Source of the DNA: Lytechinus pictus
Taxonomy: Eukaryota
Reading direction: 5' to 3'
Length of the DNA: 64,000 nt
NCBI RefSeq assembly: GCF_037042905.1
Contig: NC_087251.1
Coordinates: 15,688,001-15,752,000, forward strand
Shown here: positions 27,901 through 38,754 of the stretch, piece after piece
Numbering within the stretch: the first letter of the stretch is position 1
Layout: each line of letters begins with the position of its first letter
Made by a program: the position numbers and the translations under genes
The notes under the pieces: model-generated
The model's input: the letters and a program-made list of their open reading frames with translations, nothing else
Database searches by the model: none
Told to the model about the DNA's origin: nothing

Positions 27901-30900
27901 CATACTTGAGCGCTGCCCTCCTTACGGAGACCCCTTTCTTGACCAAGGCTAGAGCTCTCTCAAAGTTTTGTCGAGGATAATTCCTTCGACGGATACGCTG
28001 GGGTTTTGCCTACACAAAAAGAAAAACATTGATAAATGATTAATATTCTGAGAGAAGTCTTTTGTAAATAATTATCATCTAATTAAAATATTTTATTCTA
28101 TGAACAGCTGTTTTCGCTTTCATCAACTACTTCTATGATTGGAACGCATTCAACAGCATCTGTTCTCGGCACTTTCGTCACCCTGTTCTCGGCACATTCG
28201 TCACCCTTTTCTCGGCACATTCGACGTCATCCATCCTATTTTCAACACGTTCGTCACCCACATTCCTTTCTCTAATACAATCAAACTTTTCTTTCTTCTC
28301 TTATTTAATTTGTAAATGTTCGATTAATATCATCTATCTTTATTATTATCAATTATATATATCATCATCACCATCTTCATCAGATATCATTATCATCATC
28401 GTCATCATCATTTATCTCTTTGAGACGCCTCAGAACGTGTATGAAATATATGGCATATGAGCGTAGCTGGCGACATACAGACAGCCGAATGACGTCATCA
28501 TTAAATTCGGAGATTCTGTCGGCTGCGAAACATTCTGCGACAAAAAATGGACGGAAATGTGTTCTAAACGCCTCAATTGCGGATTTACATGTAAGTTCAT
28601 CGAAAATAACAACATAATAATCGCATATTTTAATAATTCCATAAATTTCTTACCTGTTTCCTCCTCATTTTGCTTGATCAAGTGAGTCTCGTTCGATCAG
28701 GTCGCGCATTGCTCGTAGTCCCACGCGTACTTAAATTATACGCATAGGAAACCATGGTAAGAAAGTGGTCGGTTTCAAAAGAGGTGGTCGATATGTAGTG
28801 GAGTCACCATACTTGCTTTCTTTTCGGCAGACCTAGTTTCTGGTGGCTCAGAAGTGGGGTCAGTGAGTGGAGTGTATCTACAAAATGGTTTATTTATCTT
28901 ATTACTTCACACACATATTCAGTGACTTGGGGGAATAAATAAGAAGCAAGAATTCTTTGGTACAAATCTTTTAGCCATATTTCAGCCTCGAGTTTGATAT
29001 CACTTAAATCAAGAAAGTGAGCTCTGCTACTCTGAAAACCATAATGGAGCCTAATTGTCCCCCAAACGTTATTGAGTGAGGTAGAGTCATCGATGAAGGA
29101 ATTGCACAAGATTATTGGGCAATAATTGGCAATTTGCCTATAGCATCAGCTCTAACATAGTACTTGCTTTCTTTTTGGCAGACCTAGTTTCTGGTGGCTC
29201 TGAAATGGGGTCACTAATCATTCCACATAGTGGATCATTTTTGGTTTTCTTATGCCATACGAAAACACTGTCTAAGAACATGGCAAAGTTAGGATCTAAA
29301 GTGAGAATATAGATCAGGTTTTGTTTCCAACTCTCCAAAGAAGTGACAGTTTCAGGTTTGGTGAGGCACCATTGCTTGGGTGCCCTGGGAGTAGCCATCA
29401 TGACATGTAAATGAATGGATGGGACTACGATAGGCCTAGCCATATGGTGACGTATTGTTTCTAAGTGAAAGCTAGTTACACTTACCCCAACACAACTGTT
29501 GGATGCCTGACTGCAAGGGAAAAACAGGGTTCCCACAGTCATGGCAAATCCTGGAAAAATTTGTGGTCATGGAAAGTCAGGGAATTTAGAAATCATGGAA
29601 TTGAATTTACCTCTTGGCTATGGCAGCTTTCCAGTTTGCCGTGTCTCGCAACTCTCATACTCTGTGATCATACTCTGCTATTATAACTGGTGTTCATGAT
29701 TTCCATTTTTCCCAGTTTTGTGACATCCCAAATTCTGCATAACTCCCGGGTCATCACAGGAAGTCATGGAAAGCAGCAATTTAGTCATGGAAAAGTCATG
29801 GAATTCTGTTTTCAAATTTCTTTGGGAACCCTGGAAGAATGAAGTCTTTTGGGGCAGTGTGAAGGCTAGTGGATCCCTTCTCAAAGAACTGCCACCACGA
29901 CAAGGGGGGGATAAACAAGACATCAGACAAGGTGTACAAATTAACTCTTTATTTATTACAACTGCCGCAGGTAGATGATACTACCAAAGTGCTTTAACAA
30001 TGTGAGAAACTTCTACAAGCCAAAGCGACACAAGGTGGTGCTATAACATAAATAACAATATATAAAGAAGATATATCTTGCACCTATTGGAATAATGTTT
30101 AAATGAACAGCAAACATGTATGAGATTACCAGATGAATAGAGCAGTCATGCTCTGATGGTCTAGTCAATGATCTTGTCAATCCAGTTTGGATGAGAATTC
30201 AGATATCCAAGCATACTGCTTGATTTCATAGTCCAAACTCCCAACATAAAGCAAATAAGGTACAGTGCAGTCAAGTTCAACTTGAAAATCAATCAAAAAT
30301 TATATTCAAATATTGGCCATCAACAGAACTTAGCTTCATGATAAAACCAGTCAGAATTTACCAAATACCCTTAAAGATTTGGTAGCATGAAGCGTCCATA
30401 AACATGTATTACAGCAAGCAACAGAAATGACTGCCAGTGTAAAACACATGTATGGTGCACAGACATTGATTAGGAAGTGATTCAATGTACCAGCTGATAT
30501 ACATATGACTAGTTCAGATTTTTACACTATTATGCTGTCTTCAATGAGCTCCACATTGGCATATGAACAATACCATGCCCACCTGGCTAATCTTTCCTGC
30601 TACTTTGCCAGGCAAAGCTGCTTGAACACACATCATCTATTGTCATTTGAATAGCATAGCTGGTCCAGGTTTCTGAAACATTTGTGTAGTCAATGCCATG
30701 GTTGTGTATTGAATCAGGGATATAGAGAATATATTTTTGTTGGTTGGCCCAAGAACTTGATACTGAGCCCTACAGATTCTTCAAAAAAGTATTTAAAAAA
30801 GTAAAAAACTAGAACACAGTCTGTACCATTTTTATGACATGATTTGTAAAATGCTGAAAAATACAATAAAACAATTAGTGATTCTATAAATAGGCAACAC

Positions 30901-33900
30901 AATGGAAATATACTGATAAATTTGCATAAATGATTACTTCTCTACAAAAGGCACATATTCCCAATACACACTTCATGTATATTCTACTAATATTTCATAT
31001 GCATGGAACTGCATGTCTTTTATTCACCTATTGTATTCTATAAATTTGTTTGACGTCTAGAAAACAAGGTACACATTATTCTCCACAATTGTTTCTTTTG
31101 CATCTTTTTGAAGGAAGTTATGCGATTCAGATCTTTTATTTTTAACAATGACCATTTTCTGGAAGACCCTCATAACATGTAATGTCTTTCAATGAACAAA
31201 ATATCACTTTCCGGAATTTCTTTTTACGTTTTCTTAAAATCAGGCAATGTTTATTGGTTGTGGATGCTGGGCACAGTCCCACACACAGACATCTTCATCA
31301 GTGAGTGTTGGATGCAGTACATCAGGAAGCGGAGAGCAGCTTCTAAGATGCAATCTAGCCCGGGCATGCTGTGAGGGCCTCCTTCAAAGTGAAGATCCTA
31401 CCTCTTCACTTGGCAGCACTTTTCAGAGTCAATATTTAAGTGAGTTCTTTAAATTTTCAACATTATTTTAACAGTTTGTCTTTGTGTTCCATGAATCTGT
31501 AAGTGCATGTGCTCCAATTAATCATGTGACTAGAATTTCAGTGACATGACATTTGCTTTTGCGACATTTGCTCCGTTCTTATTGTCTCAGAGGGCATACG
31601 GTAAGAGTTAATATAGCAATATAATTTTTGGTTCAGAATAATGTGGAGATATTAAGGATTAGGATTTATTTAGTGTTGGTCGTGAGATTTTATATTTGGC
31701 TTATCGTGCAGTTTTTCCATCAGAGCAAATGTGGCTAGAGGAAATGTCATGGAACCAGAATTTCAGGCCTCATAGTTCAGGTGTAAGGTTGCTTTAGATC
31801 AATAAACACACCCTTTAGCTTAACTTTTACCAGCTGTCAAAAGGATATTCATTTAGTATTACAGTCATTTTCAGATTTTTTGAAATTTGTAGATTTTTCT
31901 ATGAGTTACCATTATTTCAAGTATAAAAGATATGATTGTAAGATCACAAAATCAAGATAAAACATCATGTCAGGTAAGAAAAACAAATTATTCCCAATTT
32001 TAGGAGTGCACAAAATTAATATGATGAATAAATTTCTGCATATTTCAATGTTGATTAATAAGATTTGAAATGATTGGGAAACCAATGTGGCTTTCTTGTG
32101 TTCCAGTAAGTGTAAAGTTTTTTTTAAAAGAAACTTTATAAAACTGTTCCTTGGTTATTTCTTTGGTATCCTTAGAATCACCTCTTTTGCCTGATGATGC
32201 AGCAAGGCTTGGTGGAGCTATCGCAGTCAGGTACAACCACACAGACAGAGATGCAGAGATTCTCTGGACACACTCCACAGATAGTCTCTGTCTGGGCTAC
32301 ATGGACACCACACAGATCAAAGCAAAGGTACACTCATTCATTGGATATGTTTTCGGAAGAGTTTTGATTGATGTAAATCAATAAGTCCAATTTGATTAAA
32401 ACCAGTGGCAAGTCCTGTTAAGAGAGGGCTCTATATACATAGCACATGGAAGGGAACATAGACTTATACTGCAGGTGGTTGTTTCATTAAGCTGTTTGTA
32501 AGTTTCGGATAACTTTACGCCTGACTGGTGACCCTTTTTGTGCTAAATACATCTATATGTAGCTGATTAACACACTTAAGAACATGTTCCAGATATTTGA
32601 AAGTCTATGTAGTTTTACAAACAGCTATGATATTTTAGTATGTTCTTATATAGTGCTCTTGTCTGTAAAATATGACACTGTGGCGCTCCACATTTATTAC
32701 CTTGGATTTATAGCAGAGCTGCCGATAAGGCACTTCAGCAGTTTAAGGAATACTTTCCTGCCAGTCACTAATTTACGTCACTTGGGTCGAGATTGGCATC
32801 TGTAGGGCGATTCCACACTAGAACTTCAAAAATATCATAAATTTCAACATGCTTTCAATAAGTCACAAGTAGTGTAATATTTTACTATGATACCTAAATT
32901 TTATGAAAATTATGAGTTTTAACCAAAAGTGAAGTCAGATATAGTTTTTTTTGGGGGAACAATGGAATTTTCAATTTTCAATAATTTTGCTAATTAAATA
33001 GTCAAGTACAAACACTGCCTGAAACAATTATTGGCAAAGCGCAAGAAGATTGAAAATATTTCAGGTCAATGGAATAATGTATCATTGATGGTTCCAAACA
33101 ATATTCCAAACAATATTTACAACATTTTCATGATCCATAATAGGGCAGCCCTGATTTTTCCGAACCTGTTTTTGGCAATGTCCCGTATTTTGATGATGCA
33201 ATTTCACAATATCAGTTTCTCTTTCTTTGACCCATGGGTGATCGATTTATCCCATAAGGATCTAATTACCGCCCTTCATTTTTCAATAATTATCATATTA
33301 AAAGTTGTCCCGTACGACACACAATATATAATGCATTTAATTGCAGGATTTGGATTCAGAAACTATAAATAGTAGGCCTATTTTAATTCAAGTAATTGAT
33401 TTGACATAAAGTGAACTGAAAAAGTACTTTCTTATCTTCATAGAACATGAAATACTAGTAGGTGATTCTAACCATTTTGATTGATTTCATGTAGACGTAT
33501 TCTTTTGTGAATTCCTTCAGCTAAACTGGTGATTTTCACTGGTCAGAGCGGGTTAATTTCTTTGTCATTGAGCATGAAAAGAAAACCTTTATAATTTATT
33601 CACTCTAGCCTGGAAGATGACTTCCTCTTGCATGCTAATGTGGAATTATTATAAGATGTAAAAAAAATGACATATCAATCATCTATTTGGACTTCCCTTG
33701 ATGATCACTAATTTTTTTATATACAGTATTGAAACTCCTTACTTTTTTCAAGTTGTAAAAAAAAAATCACAAACCATGTTGTTAAAAAGAAAATCTGGAA
33801 AATAAGACAAACCATATGGTTTCATGAAATGCAGAAAGTTTTGAAGAAGTAGAACCGCATTTCTTTAGAAAAAAAATATTTTGTGGAATTACAAGTGACA

Positions 33901-35221
33901 GTTGTGACATAATACATTTTATATGAAAAATTATAACATTTTAGCCCCATAATTTACACAAACAGTTTCATTCATTCATTGTTTAAATAGTGTATTGGAA
34001 ATCATCGATTAATTCACTAAGATATAACTTCACACAAAACCTCAAGTTTTTCAGCTCATAAAAATGCTGTGAACCCTTGTACATTTCCCATCATGAAAAA
34101 AAATTTATAACATATTGCTCCCGATTGTATATGTTGAAGTTACTTAATTATATTGTCCTGAATGACTACTTATTAAAAGACTTTGCATAAAAAGGAGGAA
34201 TTTAGGGGCAATGCTCCCCTTCTGATTGATAAAAAGTTCATTGTTTTATTCAGGCTGCCCAGTACAACACGCAAGTGCCTGTACAACACACAAGTGTCCC
34301 GTACGACACACAAGTGTCCCGTACGACACAGTAGTGTCCTGTACGACACACAAGTGTCCCGTACGACACATTATTTTGTTTATGATATATTGACAGAAAT
34401 ATTCAGCCAATAGCGGTTTCTAACATAATGAATGTCTTTAGTTTGATAGGATTATCATTATCATCAGCCAAATAAAGTGATTGAAGAAGTCAAAGAGACA
34501 TAAAGTAAGTAAGTTTGGCTTCAATTTAGAGATGTCCCGTACGACACATTTTGAGTGTCCCGTACGCCACAATGTTCTCGAAAATTGTAATTTGCTTTAT
34601 TTATTCATGAATGTTTATTTTGCTTTCTTTCATAGATGTGTTTGTTCTTGGGTAATTAAATATCAATTTGAGTTCAGTTTCTATGAAAATTATCTGTCCA
34701 ACTCACAGACTTTAGAGTACAAACTTGAGGTTTCTAAAAAAGCCACTTTTTCTGCGTCCGTACGACACATTACTATTTTAAATCTGTATTATACAGGATG
34801 TGAATTCAAGTCATGTTAAGTCTTGGTTTTTCTAACACTCTGGTAGTATTTGATGATCACCTTTAGTTACTGGAATATTTTTTGTTTTTCTTGTAAAAAA
34901 ACTGTCAAATGTTCTCTAAATGTCCCGTACGACACGTATGGAATCACCCTGTAGATCAATACATTGCCAAAAGTATGCTACATGAACATTTTAGGATTAG
35001 TAAAAGGGCTACCTGGTTATTTGAAGTGCATGATATACCGTTTTAGTTTTTTTTTTTACCAAGATGACTTAAGATGTTACCCAATTTCTGTTGATTGATT
35101 CTTTCCATTGTGTTCAATTTAGATGGTGATATCAAGATTACCTACAGGAGCCAAAGCAGGATCCACCTATACCCTAGGTGGAGCCACAGTTCAACTGCCT
35201 TTGAGTGAAGAACCACCTTGA
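15941..35221 (+). CDS. TASP1: Threonine aspartase 1 (Taspase1), 377 aa
   Basis: Exons 15941-15968, 17689-17756, 21978-22046, 22189-22309, 23002-23086, 23524-23719, 24390-24509, 31244-31439, 32176-32327, 35123-35221 (1134 nt, in frame). Motifs: [49 protein letters not shown] (autocleavage and nucleophile Thr), [27 protein letters not shown]. Confidence 0.95.
16088..16283. repeat. Nested inverted repeat / palindromic MITE in TASP1 intron 1
   Basis: Inner 35-bp arms aaataattcgctgccgatttcaaaacatcgcatgc (16135-16169) / 16220-16254. Outer arms aacatgaagttcctca (16088-16103) / tgaggaacttcatgtt (16268-16283). Confidence 0.8.
16486..16759. repeat. Three-arm inverted repeat (+/-/+)
   Basis: The motif gtgtagc.gtagtg(aagt.g)agtggagcctgcacgaac occurs at ~16528-16568 (+), ~16638-16685 (-) and ~16688-16736 (+), bounded by atcagatc / gatctgat. 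Confidence 0.75.
17920..21773 (+). mobile_element. Helitron/Helentron-like modular repeat (copy 2), interrupted by a TIR element
   Basis: Same modules as 1-1247. The 3' end cacatcattgatgtgCTAG|t is a hairpin followed by CTAG and T. The 5' boundary is approximate. Confidence 0.6.
18396..20678. mobile_element. Non-autonomous DNA transposon, Sola2-like (GGG termini, 4-bp TSD ATTT)
   Basis: Perfect 12-bp TIR GGGCATTTTCAC / GTGAAAATGCCC with ATTT on both sides. The empty site tttatttgtcgaccg is seen at ~151-165. About 9 internal ggtaactgac(a/g)ttac motifs. Confidence 0.8.
22705..22888. mobile_element. Degenerate Tc1/mariner-pogo type MITE
   Basis: cagtcaaacct ... aggtttcactg|ta termini. The left TA is not preserved. 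Confidence 0.5.
26106..28668 (-). CDS. Spliced pogo-like transposase: psq/CENP-B HTH + DDE_1 (DD35D) + C-terminal PHD-like finger, 593 aa
   Basis: Exons 28668-28654 (MRRKQ|gtaag; least certain), 28009-27743 ([32 protein letters not shown]), 27605-26106. Catalytic motifs [20 protein letters not shown]-terminus CCVC...[18 protein letters not shown]...MCPCH. Confidence 0.88.
28160..28259. repeat. ~23-bp tandem repeat inside transposase intron 1
   Basis: ctgttctcggcac(t/a)ttcgtcacc occurs ~3 times, plus one degenerate copy. Confidence 0.75.
29525..29833. mobile_element. MITE with CAGGGTTCCCA / TGGGAACCCTG termini (hAT-like)
   Basis: 11-bp TIR and repeated gtcatggaaa motifs. TSD not clean. Confidence 0.65.
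31536..31756. mobile_element. Degenerate palindromic MITE
   Basis: catgacatttgc...gacatttgctcc versus gagcaaatgt...aaatgtcatggaacc. Confidence 0.45.
32805..34949. mobile_element. Non-autonomous DNA transposon, Sola2-like (GGG termini, 4-bp TSD TGTA)
   Basis: TIR GGGCGATTCCACAC / GTATGGAATCACCC (12/14 match). TGTA at 32801-32804 and 34950-34953. More than 10 internal tgtcccgtacgacac motifs. Confidence 0.8.
34255..34370. repeat. ~20-bp tandem array (gtgtcccgtacgacacacaa x ~6)
   Basis: Directly visible head-to-tail units with no unique spacers. Confidence 0.85.
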
Positions 35222-38200
35222 TGATGGCTAAACTACCTCCATTCAACTAAGGCTGTCTTACTCATAATCATCATGGAATGGGTACTGTAAAGGTTAGCGA
35301 CAGGTCATGAGCCTGCGAAGGAGCCTCAGGTACCTGACAAGTAGCTATCAACTTCTTGATGGACAGGCTCCATGCTGTTGTTTTCATTATCTCAATTTTG
35401 CAGGAGCAACAAAAGAAAACCAACTCTTGTGTGCGAGAGCCATATGTTGTCCAATGTGAACCAGCTGGAGCACAAGCAGGAGCCCTTAGAAGCACAAGAA
35501 TACCCTGTCAATGGTGATACTTCATGCCAATGCTCTTGTATTCCTACAATTTTGATGATACTCCTGTTGCGGTGGTGTGTCCACATTGCTCCTGCATGAG
35601 CAAATATGTTCTCCACAGGGAGCCATCTAATCAAGTTGAACTATAGTAAGTTGATGGTAGAGAATGTTTAATGAAGGATGAGTCCATAGTTATTTATCAA
35701 AGTAAATGTCAGCTCAAGCAGCAGTCACTCTCAAGACCAACTTTTTATTAAATACATGCTTGACACTAATCTCACCTCCAATCATAATATACAGTATTAA
35801 AGAAAACACCCATGAATTATCTGTTTTTATAGAAATTTATTTCATCTTGGTTTTTTTTTACATGAACAATCAAATTCAATGACAATCATAGACAATTGAA
35901 ATTTGAATCATTTGGCAAAGACATAATGAATTTCATCAGAATCTGATGATATGATGAGATAGTACATCCAAATTTTCAACTTTATTGCTGATAGTAAAAC
36001 CTGCTTGATTAATATGTTTAATAAACTCAGATTGACAACACACAGCACCATCTTGTTGAGCTCATTTTGTGTTACATCATGGAAAGGAATAGACAACATA
36101 TAGATATCAGGTTAGTCATTACAACATACCCTTTAATATTTTTGTAAAAATATTCATAAAGTAAAACTTTATGAACATCCAGACATCATAAAACAAAGAG
36201 TTATAATAGAATATCAGTTGCAATTTGATATGGTAATTGATATATGGCAATTCAAGTGTGATGAATCTGTTTCAATCACATATAAAGTTAAAGTTAAATC
36301 TGCTGATGCTTTTTTTAGAATAACTTTCCTTGTTACTACCATGTATACTATTTTTTCACAATTGGAATTTTATAAAATACTGTCAAATATATATGAGTCA
36401 TACATAATGTCACTCATAACGTCAGTAGTGATACTGTCTCACTTAATCTCATACTATCATTATCAATGGTCTTCTTCAATCTCAGTGATATATAATTTTG
36501 TTTATCTCTTGTGGTAAACATATGAGTATTTGTTGATAAAATGTACAACCTAAAAATATTGATTGAATCCTACCAAAACAATGTTACTACAAAGTATCTT
36601 ATTTGGCACTTCCAAAACAGAATAAATTTCTGTATGTTGGGAAAGGAACACACACAATATGTGTAATAATTATTTTTTTCTTGATAATTTATATCAATAT
36701 TCTATTGAATCTAATTCTTGTCAGATTCAAAGATTGTTGTTCAGTGGACTTCTGTAACATCCACGAATTGCCCCAATGCCTCATGCTGACTATCTACATT
36801 ATATTATGAATGAAAGGTAAATATTCAAATGAACTGAAACAAAAACAAATTATGTTAAATGGAATGATAATGAAAGTACCGTATAAGAAACTGAAACATA
36901 AATTTGAAGAAAAACAAAATTGAAGAGAGAAAATATGGTTAATGTACTGACACATTTGAAATTAACTTTAAATTGTTGAATTCATTTTTAGAAAAAAACA
37001 TTTTTTTTAAAATGTGAATATTCTCCTAGTTATAATCCTCTGAATAAAAGAAATGCTACTTGTGTTTTAATTGTGAAACTATCAGAATTTTAGTGAATTT
37101 AGTTGAATCGATTTAAAAATGAATAATTGTAAATGCATATTTTCTCACCAAGATCTAATTATCTTAATGATTTGAAAATGAGGTATATTTTGGAATCCTT
37201 GCAGAATGATAAAAAAAAACATTTTAAAATTTGAATGAATAAATTTGATTAAAAAAAGAACAAATAGATAGGATTATTTAAATAGAAAGCACTTTTGTTT
37301 GTTAAATATGTGCAATTTTGATACTTTGATTAATTTAAAGCAAAAACTTTTCAGAAATAGATTTGTAGTTAATACAATATCTATTAAAAAAAAGCAGGCT
37401 TACAAAATATACTGTAGAAATGTAAAATGAGTGTATTGTATCTTATGTCATATACATGAATTGAAATAGTCTCAACCTGATGATTATGAGGCAGTATGAT
37501 AAACGGTATAGAATAATGACACTAATGAAGTGAAAGTCACTATAACTACCAGTAAACAGTGCTTTGACCACTACTAGTATGTGCTGTATTTATGGTTACA
37601 ACAAAAATATGAATTGTGAACATATTAAAATCAACAAAGAGAAAAATGAATGTGACGAAATAATCTTTAGCTGTTTGTGAAGTGCTCTGGAGCTCCTTTT
37701 TTAAAATGTTTTTTAATTATATTTCTAAAGGTAGGGGGACAATTTTGATGAAAAGAATGATGCTTCAGTATAGCAAGTTTAGTGGTAAAAATTCAATGAA
37801 TCGTGCACAAAATATCATATTTTGTGCACAATATTTTACATTACTCCTATGTTTCATTTATTTTCATTTGAAGAGATTTTCTTCATGATTAAGATACATG
37901 AAATATGAAGGGAAAAAAAACATCCAGTTCATCATACATGTACATCATTTATGATAATGGGAGTATAGCGCACAGTGGTAATTTAAATATATTGCATTTA
38001 TGTTGTGGCTACGTTTTGAAGTTGAAGGGATGAGACAAAAATATAAATGAACAGAAAGATAAAACAGGATAGCAAGGAGTATTGAAATATTTGTTCAAGA
38101 AAGGAAAAGAAACAAAATAAGGAGATGCAAATAAAGAAAGGGAAAAGAAGATAGAGAAAGGGAAGGAGAGAGAGATTGGCAAACAACAGTATATTGATAG

Positions 38201-38754
38201 GCTTTGTGTATTGTAATGGAAAATTATTATACTATTAGACACAAATATTGTTTTTTCTCGCTCACAGTACTCATTACTATGTAGGCCCAAGTGTTACTAG
38301 AATTAAATCAAAACCAAAGAAGGTTAACAATCAACGCAGGACCGTGGAACAATGGAAGAAGGACTGTAAAACAGTATAGAGATAGTCATTAAAATTGTTT
38401 TTGGAAGGACATTCACATTTATTGTTTTTTTTCCCCATATTGATTAACAATGCACATAATTTCCCTTTAAGTATTTTTCAAATTGAAATCACTCTCTTTG
38501 TAAAAAAAATGAAATAAATTGATTAAAAAAAATAAATGAAATAAAAATGAAGACCCTAGATATTTAAACCAATTTTGTCTTTACATTGGATAGACAGGAG
38601 TGTTACTTTTTCAGACCCCTTTTTTTTGCTGAAATGACCATTAAGAAGGCACCCTGCTCTTGAAATAATTTTTCAAAAAGTACCGATATCCCCACTCCCT
38701 GATTGCACCACGTTCACTGAGATTGTGCTAAAATGAGATGGAGTATGACGACGA

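Larger units (their letters stand above)
25015..28809 (-). mobile_element. pogo-superfamily (DD35D, Fot-like/Passer-like) DNA transposon, 3795 bp, TA TSD
   Basis: TA at 25013-25014 and 28810-28811. Empty site aacatag-TA-cttgctttc at ~29154-29171. Imperfect TIRs TGGT...TATCGACCACCT. Contains an uninterrupted transposase gene. Confidence 0.9.
24715..29401 (-). pseudogene. Decayed retrotransposon gag-like N-terminal fragment, partly tandem-duplicated and interrupted by the pogo element
   Basis: [38 protein letters not shown]...MLELML, then a frameshift to QIANYCPII...[33 protein letters not shown]. This resembles N-termini of invertebrate LTR (Gypsy-type) polyproteins, recognised from memory. 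Duplicated unit: 24715-25014+28812-28862 versus 28863-29212. Confidence 0.55.

Noticed and set aside
26106..28668. Domesticated host gene (TIGD/JRK-like)
   Set aside because: TIRs, the TA TSD and an adjacent empty-site paralogue indicate a mobile insertion.
34255..34370. CRISPR-like array
   Set aside because: Head-to-tail ~20-bp units with no unique spacers and no cas genes, in a eukaryotic intron inside a TIR element.
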